Shown here piece by piece: positions 11,665 through 20,817 of a DNA stretch of 22,336 bases. The DNA is taken from contig BAAFSQ010000165.1 of the NCBI GenBank assembly GCA_054661495.1, positions 1 to 22,336 on the forward strand, written 5' to 3'. Under the pieces are notes generated by a model that worked only from the letters and a program-made list of their open reading frames with translations, searched no databases and was not told the origin of the DNA. The translations under genes and the position numbers were made by a program. Origin of the DNA: Zygophlyctis sp. KS116. Taxonomy: Eukaryota; Fungi; Chytridiomycota. How positions within the stretch are numbered: position 1 is the first letter of the stretch; each line of letters opens with the position of its first letter.

Positions 11665-12303
11665 CTATTTTTTTGTTTGAATCATTGACTGCTGCCTGTT
11701 TTTGGTAGATTTATTTGTGTAATCATTGATTGTCATTACTAGTGAATTATTGAATACGCCAGGTTTCCATATTTGATCTGTAAGACTCCTTTGTATATTT
11801 AAATTCATAAATGGCAAAATATCATAATTCAAATGTAAATAATTGAGATCTTTTTGATCATTTGGATTGTTGAGATAAATTGGTTGTCCGATCGGCCATG
11901 GTGAAGTTCCTCTCGAAACTCTTGTAAGATCTTGAAAGAGCTCCAGTCTATCATATGGCTGATAAACATCTGATGCCGATGCATTATGTGTACATTTATA
12001 TATCAAGACATCGCTCGGCAAAACAGCTGACTGATGTTGAATTTGCGAAATGATCTGCTGAAGCGCAAACACTGTTGTATCTATATCAATCATTAGAAAG
12101 AAATCATGAAACTTCCAATCCACTTGTCTTATTCGAACAAGAATACAATCATTGATTGATTCCTGCAATAACTTTTGATGCCTTTCTTCTACCTGCTGAT
12201 CTGTTAATTTCCCAGGCCAAGTTTTAAGTATGATCGGAGGAGGATACTTTGCAACAGTCTTCTTACTATTTGATTTTGATTTTACCTTTTTGCCTTTAGC
12301 CAT
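11665..12303 (-). CDS. Hypothetical protein, 212 aa; Lys-rich N-terminus, possible ubiquitin-like (beta-grasp) domain
   Basis: Intact ATG ORF filling the AK8-NEK gap. ILVRIRQVDWKFHDFFLMIDIDTTVFALQQII has a beta-beta-alpha pattern reminiscent of Ubl folds (inference). Confidence 0.7.
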   Translation of the reverse strand: MAKGKKVKSKSNSKKTVAKYPPPIILKTWPGKLTDQQVEERHQKLLQESINDCILVRIRQVDWKFHDFFLMIDIDTTVFALQQIISQIQHQSAVLPSDVLIYKCTHNASASDVYQPYDRLELFQDLTRVSRGTSPWPIGQPIYLNNPNDQKDLNYLHLNYDILPFMNLNIQRSLTDQIWKPGVFNNSLVMTINDYTNKSTKNRQQSMIQTKK

Positions 12304-12361
12304 GGATGTTGTGGAATTTTATTATGCCGTGAAAGGTGCCACTCGAGCCTCATAAACAAAC

Positions 12362-13384
12362 ATGAAAAAAGAAAGCAAGACTATAGTACAAAAAACAATT
12401 GAGAAAGAATTAGGAACTACTACTGGAGCTCTCTCAAATTGTATTTTTATCATATTAACTCTAGATGTTGTCGAGAAAAAGATTGGACAGGGTCAATTCT
12501 CTACAGTTTTTAGAGCAAAGACAGTAGGACCAGTGGAAAAAACAGTTGCTTTGAAAAGAGTTCCGGTATGACATTATTTTTCTAATTATAATAGATTGCT
12601 GAAATGATGGATGCTAAAGCCAGGAATGATTGCATTCAGGAAATTGGATTGCTAAAGAATTTGGATCATCCAAATATTATCAAATACATTGAAGGATTCA
12701 TTGAAGGACCAGAGTTAATTATTGTCTTGGAAATAGCCGATGCTGGAGATTTGAGTAGAATGATTAAGCATTTCAAATCTTTAAACAAGAATATTCCTGA
12801 AAAAACCATTTGGTACGCATATCATTTTCTAAAATATATAGGAAATATTTTGTTCAAATGTAATATTTTATTCTGGAAACATTTTCGCAAATTATTAATT
12901 AGTTAGTGCTAGTGCATTAAAACATATGCATGATCGAAGAGTAATGCATAGAGACATTAAACCTGCAAATGTTTTCATTACTACAAAAGGTGAAGTTAAA
13001 TTGGGCGATCTAGGACTTGGAAGATTCTTATCAAACAATACCGTAGAAGCCAAATCATTGGTTGGAACGCCTTATTATATGCCACCAGAACGAATTCACG
13101 AAGAACCTTATTCTTTCAAGTCCGATATTTGGTCTATGGGTTGTTTACTCTATGAAATGGCTGCTTTAAGATCACCTTTTTATGGAGAAAAGATGTCTCT
13201 AGTTCAATTATGCAAAAAGATTGATGATTGTGATTATCCACCATTACCAGGCGGAGGATACTCTGTTGAAATGATGAATCTAATTCGTGATATGATTGTT
13301 TCATATCCAGACAATAGACTTAATGCAGATCAAGTATATGCCGTAGCAAAAGCTGCATATGAAAAACATGCGAATAAAATTTAA
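12362..13384 (+). CDS. NEK7: NIMA-related Ser/Thr kinase, NEK6/NEK7-like, about 297 aa
   Basis: [98 protein letters not shown]. Introns 12441-12464, 12566-12594, 12813-12841, 12860-12906. NEK6 versus NEK7 orthology cannot be resolved here. Confidence 0.9.
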
Positions 13385-13417
13385 GTTAACACTTTCGGTC
13401 TGAGGTTGGGAGCACTT

Positions 13418-15147
13418 ATGACACTTTTAAATTCTGTTTTATCATCATTAACTACATCAACAGTTGCGCTTGGCCTCACACAGCAAGAGTTGATCAAGAC
13501 AGGGCGAAGGCTGGAAGGAATATGGAATGGAAATACTCTAAACTTGTTTATTACTGGGAACATTGAAACATTTTATAAACCAGATGCTATCATTCAAACG
13601 CTCAATGTTCCAATATACTCAAATCTAGATCTAGGATGGTTATCTGCCGTTACGAAAGCAAAGGACATGCAGGAAATCTCTACTGTACTTAATGAAAACG
13701 ATCAGAAAGACTTGGCAATCATCTGGGACTTATTTATTATTTGTGCCCGGGAAGTATTTCCTTGTTCAGAATATTTAGATTGGCTAAAATATATCCCTAT
13801 TCCCAAACTTCCAAATATAGCACCTTGGACTAATCAGGACTATTGGACTGTTGTTATTAAATACCTCGTTCATGGGGATTTTAACAATGCAGTATTTACT
13901 CTAAATAAATATCAAGATAAATTGGTGGTTCAGGATCTTTGTTTGATTATTGGGAACTTTCCAGATAGGAATGATTATGCATCATTTAGAGACTACATAG
14001 AGGCATGGGAGGTTTGGAAAATGAGAGTTAGTTCTGGTACTTTTTACAATTTTTACTCTTAATAGACTCTACTGATCTTAATATTCAAAGGGTGCAGAGG
14101 ATATTGTCAGGAGATAAGGATGAGATAAATAAGAATACGTCTTTATCATGGCAGGAAAAATTGGGAGCATATTGTTTATTCTGTATTCCTAATATTGATT
14201 TTCCGGATATGAATAATCTTCTCTCTTCATTTATTACATCTGAATCAGGAGTGGCTGACGTTGAAGAAATGCATCTATCACTACTAAAACGTGATTTTAT
14301 GGCTTTATTAAGAGTAGCATCAAGAACAGACGCTTGGCTAGTTGCACATTTGGCGGACTATTTAGTAAAGGAAGAATTACTGGATGAAAATCAACTACAC
14401 GCATATGCATCTAATGTGCTAAAGCAAAGTAATTTTTCAATTAGAGAATGGTATATTCTTGACTTTTCAGATGCCATTTTCCCGATCTCATGGTCATTAT
14501 CTTTTGAGTATCTTCTTAAATGCCCAACAAACGGTATAATTAATTATCTTAATAGAATAGGTAGAAAACGCATCTCAACCTATGCTGGAAGACTATCTCC
14601 AGATCAAATTAATATGGCTGACTTGGAACAGTTTCTTTTGAAGAATAATTTCCTAGAGGAATGTAAACTTTTGTATGCAGTCGCTGGGAGAAATTTTCTA
14701 TCAAGAGATGATTTGACCAACAGTTTATCCTTTTACGCTGAATCAAAGAGCGCTGCTCGAGTCTTTTCTGTAGTTGCCAGATTTTTGGATTCCAAGCCTC
14801 TTCTTTTAGATTTTGAAAATATTTTGGCACCTATAAATGGATCTACCTTGGTATCTTTTGATTCTCTTGTGTTTCTAAGCAGATACCGTGATTTCCTAAA
14901 GTATCTTGAAGCTGGATCTTTACAAGAGGCCGGGGATTATTTAGCCAGCCTTTTTCTCTCTGGATCTATCCCCCGTCAGTTTTGGAAATACACCTTTGCG
15001 GATATACAGCTTCTTTTAGAGAATGCTTGCATTGATTCACCAGGGTGTTTGGAGTTGCTAAGAATTCTCGAAGATGAAATTCAGACGCCAATTATTACTA
15101 CTTTAAGATCAAAGTTGATCCATCAGCTATCTATATCTTGGAAATAA
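13418..15147 (+). CDS. NUP85: Nucleoporin Nup85 (Y-complex), about 557 aa
   Basis: YLDWL, YWTVVIKYLVHG, F..Y..W..WK, ILSGD......SWQE, WLVAHLAD, REWYILDF, W..SFEYL.KCP..GR. Introns 14037-14065 and 14534-14560 (in frame). First ATG at 13418. Confidence 0.85.
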
Positions 15148-15171
15148 TATTTTCAATTGAATATTTTCAAA

Positions 15172-15717
15172 ATGAGTTTTCCTTTAATTTGGATTGATTT
15201 AGAAATGACTGGCCTTGATCAGCAAAATGACTCAATAATGGAAATTGCATGTGTTATCACAGACGGTTATCTAAACTTGTTATCAGAACCTTTTGAAATC
15301 ATCATTCATCAGTCCAAAGAGAAACTTGATGAGATGAATGAATGGTGCCTTAAAACTCATGGCGAATCAGGATTAACTCAAAAATGTATTGACAGTAAGA
15401 TTACGATCAAGGAGGCTCAAGAATCTCTATTAGAATTTATAAAGAAAACTGTGCCAGTCAAAGGTGAAGGAGTTTTAGCTGGAAACTCTGTCCATGTAGA
15501 TCGTATCTTTCTTTTAAAAGAGTGTCCGGATGTTATTGATCATTTGCATTATCGGATTATTGATGTCAGCACGATCAAGGAATTGGCACGAAGGTGGTCG
15601 CCCAATGTTTTCTCAAATGCCCCAAAAAAGAAATTGGCACACCGTGCTGTGGATGATATAAATGAATCCATACAAGAACTAAAATACTACAAAGAGGTTT
15701 TTTTCAAATATAATTAA
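15172..15717 (+). CDS. REX2: Oligoribonuclease (DEDDh), 181 aa
   Basis: LIWIDLEMTGLD, IMEIACVITD, HGESGL, LAGNSVHVDRIFL, LHYRIIDVSTIKELARRW, HRAVDDINESIQELKYY. No introns. Confidence 0.97.
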   Translation: MSFPLIWIDLEMTGLDQQNDSIMEIACVITDGYLNLLSEPFEIIIHQSKEKLDEMNEWCLKTHGESGLTQKCIDSKITIKEAQESLLEFIKKTVPVKGEGVLAGNSVHVDRIFLLKECPDVIDHLHYRIIDVSTIKELARRWSPNVFSNAPKKKLAHRAVDDINESIQELKYYKEVFFKYN

Positions 15718-15820
15718 TTCTATTTGATCATGATTAGTGAAAAAAATTACAAAATGTCATGATGCACATTTTACATTCAGTAATGCAGCAGAAAAAGATG
15801 GTAAATATAATCAAAAGTAT

Positions 15821-15893
15821 AGCCCAACGCGGGGGTCGAACCCGCAACCTTGAGATTAAGAGTCTCACGCTCTACCGATTGAGCTAGCTAGGC
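15821..15893 (-). tRNA. tRNA-Lys (anticodon CTT), intronless
   Basis: GCCTAGCTAGCTCAATCGGTAGAGCGTGAGACTCTTAATCTCAAGGTTGCGGGTTCGACCCCCGCGTTGGGCT. Cloverleaf with anticodon arm TGAGA-CTCTTAA-TCTCA and T-loop GGTTCGA, followed by a TTTT Pol III terminator. Confidence 0.97.
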
Positions 15894-16248
15894 GCCAATT
15901 TACGAATTTCAGATATTTGAGGTACTATATATACCAAAACACATTTGTTTCCATTCAACCGAACCTCGCTTTTTGTTTCTACTTAACAGGAAACTATTGA
16001 TTCTAATCATTGATTTTTCGTATCCAGAAATGGGTAACACAAACCGATTGGAAAACGCTTATTAATATTAGTGCGGCTCAGATACCAGTAGATATTTTGG
16101 AGATTAAAGACCACAGTATCTCGCTGCTTTATATAAATATAAATGGATAACTGATTTCCATGATTTCAAACTTAAGAAAAAGTCTATTGTATTGAAAAAG
16201 CTTAATCTCTATCATCTATCCAAAATTGTAAAGTCGCTTATAATTGCA

Positions 16249-17292
16249 CTATAAAGTGAGATCCCAATTTTTTTGTGCAAAATTGATAGGAATATCACCC
16301 TTGAAATTGTTTCGATCTAAATTCCTTTATATTTAAAATAATAAAAACCTACAGTGTTTCGATTGGGAGACCAGCCAAGTATAAAGGATAGAAACCACTA
16401 ATGCTATTGTTTGAGAGGTCCAATTTTTTTAATGATTTTAGATCAAACAATAGGTCTTTCCGTGTTTGATCCTCTTCTTGCCAATCAGCCGACTCCAGTT
16501 CTCCTTTTAATTTTTTATCAGACCAATCAATTGATGTTACAGAATTCCCATTACATTCAATACCCTGATCCGAGGAGCAGCAAATAGTAGCATTATTGTC
16601 CGCATTGGCTTTTGTAGGGGTGAATTTTGGTTTCCCTCCGAGCTCACGATAGGCTCGTAAAGCTGCGCAACATTGGGTTTTGCATTCCTTCTGAATCACA
16701 TTGACACCGGTTCTTAATGTCACCCTAATTATAAAATTCTTAAAACTTACACATTGGGGTACTGATTGGTAGCAATATTCGGGTAAACAATGAAATCCCC
16801 ATTTAAATCTTTACTACCAGCACTCCACGAAGCTCGAATGCTATTTAATCCAACATCTATATACTTAAGCTTGTTGATTGTTAAATCACTGATACTTTTA
16901 GGAATTGTTCCCTTCAGTTTTCTGTTCCAACTTAAATTTAAAGATTCTAGATTTGATAAATTCCCAAGTGATGCTGGGATTTCGGTCAGCTGATTATCAG
17001 AGAGGTCAAGCTCAACCAAGTCTTTCAAATAAGATAATTCATTACCCGCTACAGTGCCAGAAAGTTTCATCTTTCTCCATGATATTTTTGTAATGACTAT
17101 ACTATCTCCTTTTCTTGCGCAAGTAATACCGGCATAATCACAGCAAAATCCGTCACTATCCACTTCATACGAATTGAAATTTTCAGGTGCTCTATTCATG
17201 GTGATCAGTGCAGTGGTTGCCCAGCAGCATTGATTCGATGAAGGATTGCAATTCAATTTTATCGGAGTTGATGAACTCTGTTGATTTCCCAT
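16249..17292 (-). CDS. Leucine-rich repeat protein with two tandem Cys-rich cap + plant-type LRR modules, predicted N-myristoylated, about 329 aa
   Basis: MGNQQSS start. LRRs: LVELDLSDNQLTEIPASLGNLSNLESLNLSWN..LKGTIP, LKKLDLSNNSISG, LNLDRNNFKGDIP. Introns 16725-16750 and 16325-16352 join the two track ORFs and a last exon ending at TAG 16249-16251. Confidence 0.85.
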
Positions 17293-17647
17293 TTTTAATT
17301 TTTAGTTGAATGATTGGCGGCCAAAAATTCCATCAAGGCCCCTAATGTGCGGCAGTCGTCACATATTGACTCGCGATACCGCATTTGGATGGTCGTGATA
17401 ACATTGCTGAGCCAAAAGTGGTACATTCGATTGTCATTGACAAACTCGGCAGGGATATGGCGCTTGCTGATGCATTATAAATCAAGGTGGATCGTTGATA
17501 ATAAATTCTATATTTTCAAATTAACAGCATTCATTTCGCAAAGCTGAATTAACCAGCTATATTAGCACCCAAGATTATATGGATATTTTTCATAACTTCA
17601 AAATACTCGAAAACTGAAACACAATCTTACTATAAATATTATCTCAG

Positions 17648-19029
17648 TCATTCATCATCTACATCTAGATCATCATCATAAAATTCTCTAGGATCCAGTA
17701 TGGGTTTTTCCTTTTCCCTCTTAAGAGCTGAAGACCCCCCAAAGTCATTATATGGCGTGTCAGGAGAATAATCTTCAATTTCATCAACCTATTTTATAAG
17801 ACCCCAATAGTTTTACCTCCCAATCAGCACCTTCAAGAATTCCTTGCAAATCTGGAGGAATTTCCTGCATCTGAACCGATGGAGCTCCATCCAAAAATCG
17901 TAAATATTCAGCTATTTGGATATTAAGAGTTTCCAAATACTGTCTAGAATTCTTATTATAAGAAGAGCTTGTAATATTTGGATGTAAACTATAATCCGGC
18001 CCAAAATGCGATAAATAATCATTTGGAGGCAACTCATTCGGCAAATCGACATCAGCTAAAACTGATGTTTCATAAGTCCAGCATCTGGCAACATTTCTAA
18101 TCGTATAACCTCCTCCTCCCAAAACAATCATTGGAACATTAAAAGTCTTCATAAACGCTACACAGTCTCCATGTCCCTTGATTGACATATTAAAACACCC
18201 AAGTCTATCTGCAGCTAAAGAGTCTGCACCACATTGCAACACTATCACAGAAGGTTGAAATGATTGCATTACATTCGTCATTACAGATTTAAAGATGTAG
18301 GCATATGATTTATCATCAATAGACTCCTGAAGTGGAACATTTACAGAATAAAATTTCCCATCTTTAGTCCCTGTTTCTTCTAAAGCCCCAGTCCCTGGAA
18401 AGAATTCCCCATCATATCTATGAAATGAAACTGACATTACTCTATTAGACTGATAAAATGCCTCTTGTACTCCATCTCCATGATGAACATCAATATCTAT
18501 ATAAACAACTCTTGGATAGACTCTTAGTAGTTGTAAAATAGCCAAAACTATATCGTTTACATAACAAAATCCAGAAGCCTCAAATTTTTTAGCATGATGC
18601 AATCCCCCTGACCAATTAATAGCAATATCTGATGATCCATCTACAATTTTCCTAGCACATTCTAAAGAAGCTCCTGAAGAATAACGACAAAAATCATACA
18701 CCCCATCAAACACTGGACAATCATCTACACCAATGTTAAATCTAGTTAAAAACTTTGAAAAATTCGAATAATTTGCCGGAGTAACTCTTTTAAGAAAATC
18801 GACATAATCTCTGGTATGAAACATACCCATTTCCTCTTCTGTAGCTTTCCTTGCATCATAAATATCCAATTTCTTATGAAGACCATAACCAATCACTAGA
18901 TTATGAGTAAGAGCCAGTCTAGCTGGCTTCATTGGATGACCTTCCCTAATTAATTAAGAAATACTATTGATACCCATAGTGATAAGTAGAGACTTGATGA
19001 TTGTAATGATAAGATATTCTCGACGGCAT
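17648..19029 (-). CDS. HOS2: Class I histone deacetylase, Hos2/HDAC3 type, about 441 aa
   Basis: [74 protein letters not shown], and HDAC3-like tail REFYDDDLD. Introns 18946-18973 and 17789-17816. Confidence 0.95.
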
Positions 19030-19078
19030 AGCAGTTTTTCAACCTTGTCCTGAATTCTGCTCCTTGAAACACTCAAAT

Positions 19079-19105
19079 TCTGTTTCAGAGTCTGTTTCAG
19101 AGTCT
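19079..19105. repeat. 12-nt tandem duplication (TCTGTTTCAGAG x2 + TCT)
   Basis: Exact copies at 19079-19090 and 19091-19102, upstream of the HOS2 start. Confidence 0.8.
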
Positions 19106-19179
19106 ATTGATTTTCTACATGTCTAAAATTACTATAAAATTACTGTAAAATCTCATTAAAATCTTTATAAACTTGACAT

Positions 19180-19737
19180 CTAAAATTGAATTCTAGATTC
19201 GTACTTATCATGTACGTGATCTATAGATTTTGAAACTGTAGCAAAAGCTCTAATCTTTTGTTTTTTAGAATCATTCATCCATCTTTTCAAATTATTTAAA
19301 TATAAATTACAGATCTGCAGCTTCTTGATTGTATACATTTCCTTTACAATACTCTAAACAATCCCAAATTAAACATTCATAGAGTCCTTTAAGTATATCC
19401 CAAGTATGAGATTCTTTTTCTTTCCATTCTACATGTGATAAATCCATTTTTCCTGTATTTGGATCTACTCTTGGATGAAATAGAGGAGTGATCCATCTTA
19501 CAACAGGCTTACAAGATGGATAATTAGAATTCATTTCCAAGTTAAATCTAAATATTCCATTACGAAAAGGTCCCTGATGTAGAAATATTATTCCATTCCA
19601 AGTATATATACTATTTTTTGTAGGAATTACATAGATTCCAAGAGGACTTGAATTAATATAATAAATACTTACCAATACTTTTGTAATTTAAGGAATTCTA
19701 GACTGAGAATCTGATGCGAGGCAAGACTTTCTCCCAT
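19180..19737 (-). CDS. AKTIP: AKTIP/FTS-like ubiquitin E2 variant (catalytically inactive), about 167 aa
   Basis: LEF..L...CPLGIYVIP....YTWNGIIFLHQGPFRNGIFRF, FHPRVDPNTGKMDL (Asp in place of the catalytic Cys), NQEAADL. Introns 19647-19672 and 19283-19310. The 3' end could extend if 19180-19204 is also spliced. Confidence 0.85.
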
Positions 19738-19842
19738 TCTTTTTTCAACTATTACTATATACACTCTGTATATTCTGTAAGAGTCAATTGGATATATAGC
19801 AAGATGGCAAGAATGGAAAATAGAAAAATAGAAAATCTCTGT

Positions 19843-19998
19843 TTATTTTAAAGAATTTAATACTATAGTCAATACTACAAATCCAAGAAATTTAGCCAAG
19901 GCTGAATTCTTTAGATAGTTTTCTTCCTTTACAGATCTATTCTTAGTTTAGATAAAATACCTTGATTGAAGATAAATAGAACGGAAATCAGGAATCAT
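19843..19998 (-). CDS. Putative 43-aa tail-anchored microprotein (absent from ORF track)
   Basis: ATG 19998 plus a 24-nt GTA..CTAA..TAG intron (19937-19960) gives MIPDFRSIYLQSRSVKEENYLKNSALAKFLGFVVLTIVLNSLK*, with a C-terminal hydrophobic helix. Confidence 0.5.
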
Positions 19999-20255
19999 TT
20001 TTTTCTAATTTCAGAGAGTAACTCTTGGAAATCAAAAGGAGCTTTATATGCATAGTTGTTTAAATGAATTACAGGTACATCCAAATGATATTTTAATTTC
20101 CAGTCTTTATTCTCTGCTAGATCTATATCCTTGACAATAATATCTAAATTTGGAATCTTTTATTTAGTAATAATATATACTTTAGTCTCTAAATTGTAAA
20201 GTGCATCCTGACAGATTCCACAATGTTTACGAGTAAAGAAGATCAGACGATGCAT
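19995..20255 (-). CDS. Glutaredoxin-like protein (DUF836 / YDR286C type), 78 aa
   Basis: MHRLIFFTRKHCGICQDA (CxxC) ... KDIDLAENKDWKLKYHLDVPVIHLN (cis-Pro VP motif). Intron 20157-20180. Confidence 0.85.
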
Positions 20256-20310
20256 TTACTATAATTTTACTACTACAAATTATACTTTTTAAATTCATCT
20301 TGTTTTCAAG

Positions 20311-20435
20311 TCCAAAGCAACTTCCAAGTTTGAACCAATGTAAACTTATGCAGTGACACAATGAGCTTTGGAATCGTGCATCTTAAACCGGACAAAGTCA
20401 AAACTAAAACAACCTTTAAATGATGGTTCAAGCAC
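20311..20435 (-). ncRNA. Candidate structured RNA: two adjacent hairpins (ncRNA or cis-element)
   Basis: Minus-strand stems GTGC/GCAC plus CTTGAACC/GGTTTAAG (20376-20435), and TCCAAAGC/GCTTTGGA plus AAGTTT/AAACTT (20311-20372). G-U pairs favour the minus strand. Confidence 0.4.
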
Positions 20436-20441
20436 AATATA

Positions 20442-20783
20442 TTATTCTCTATTATAAACATTTTTCAACGCTTCATCATCTTTCCATGCAGCATACTGTT
20501 GTTTATGAATAAAATGAGCTGTATCAGTTCTCTTACAAGCATCTCTAAATTTTGGATTTTTTAGTAAATCTAGAATTTCTAAACATGCAGGATAAGATAG
20601 GAAAATAGAGTATTTGGGATCTTTCCAGTATCTTAAATAGTCTAAATAATTTAAAAATGTTTTAGAGTCAAAATATCCCTTTTGAGCTAAATCTAGAATT
20701 TACTTTATTAAAATAGTACATGTTAGATATAGGGGATTAGACAGACATTGTACAAATTCAAGTTCAAGAGAAAATCTATCCAT
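20442..20783 (-). CDS. MED31: Mediator subunit Med31/Soh1, 104 aa
   Basis: RFSLELEFVQCLSNPLYLTYLAQKGYF....FLNYLDYLRYWKDPKY..FLSYP.CL..L.LL...FR. Intron 20693-20719. Confidence 0.95.
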
Positions 20784-20817
20784 TTTAGGTGGAGATTTGT
20801 GTCTAGTTCAACTACAA

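Noticed and set aside
12860-12906. Stwintron (two nested mini-introns) explaining the 47-nt length
   Set aside because: No internal GT donor at a usable position.
16000-16250. Possible small gene between the tRNA and the LRR gene (ATG near 16030)
   Set aside because: No ATG/intron combination gave a convincing product.
626-17093. Short track ORFs antisense to or nested in real genes (e.g. 626-817, 874-1074, 2505-3519, 3975-4205, 5233-5460, 7854-8120, 8958-9212, 10229-10492, 13381-13563, 14609-14830, 16790-17093)
   Set aside because: Shadow frames of well-supported genes with no recognisable motifs.
17314-17547. 77-aa plus-strand ORF
   Set aside because: TTG start in a eukaryote, no motif; lies in the presumed LRR promoter region.
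19039-19204. Extra AKTIP 3' exons (candidate introns 19180-19204 and 19123-19143; DSETDSET frame)
   Set aside because: The unspliced frame ends plausibly at RIQF*, the alternatives do not join the DSET frame cleanly, and one needs a 21-nt intron below the observed range.
20311-20435. SECIS element
   Set aside because: No ATGA...GA quartet with correct spacing, and the neighbouring glutaredoxin-like gene has Cys-Gly-Ile-Cys with no in-frame TGA.
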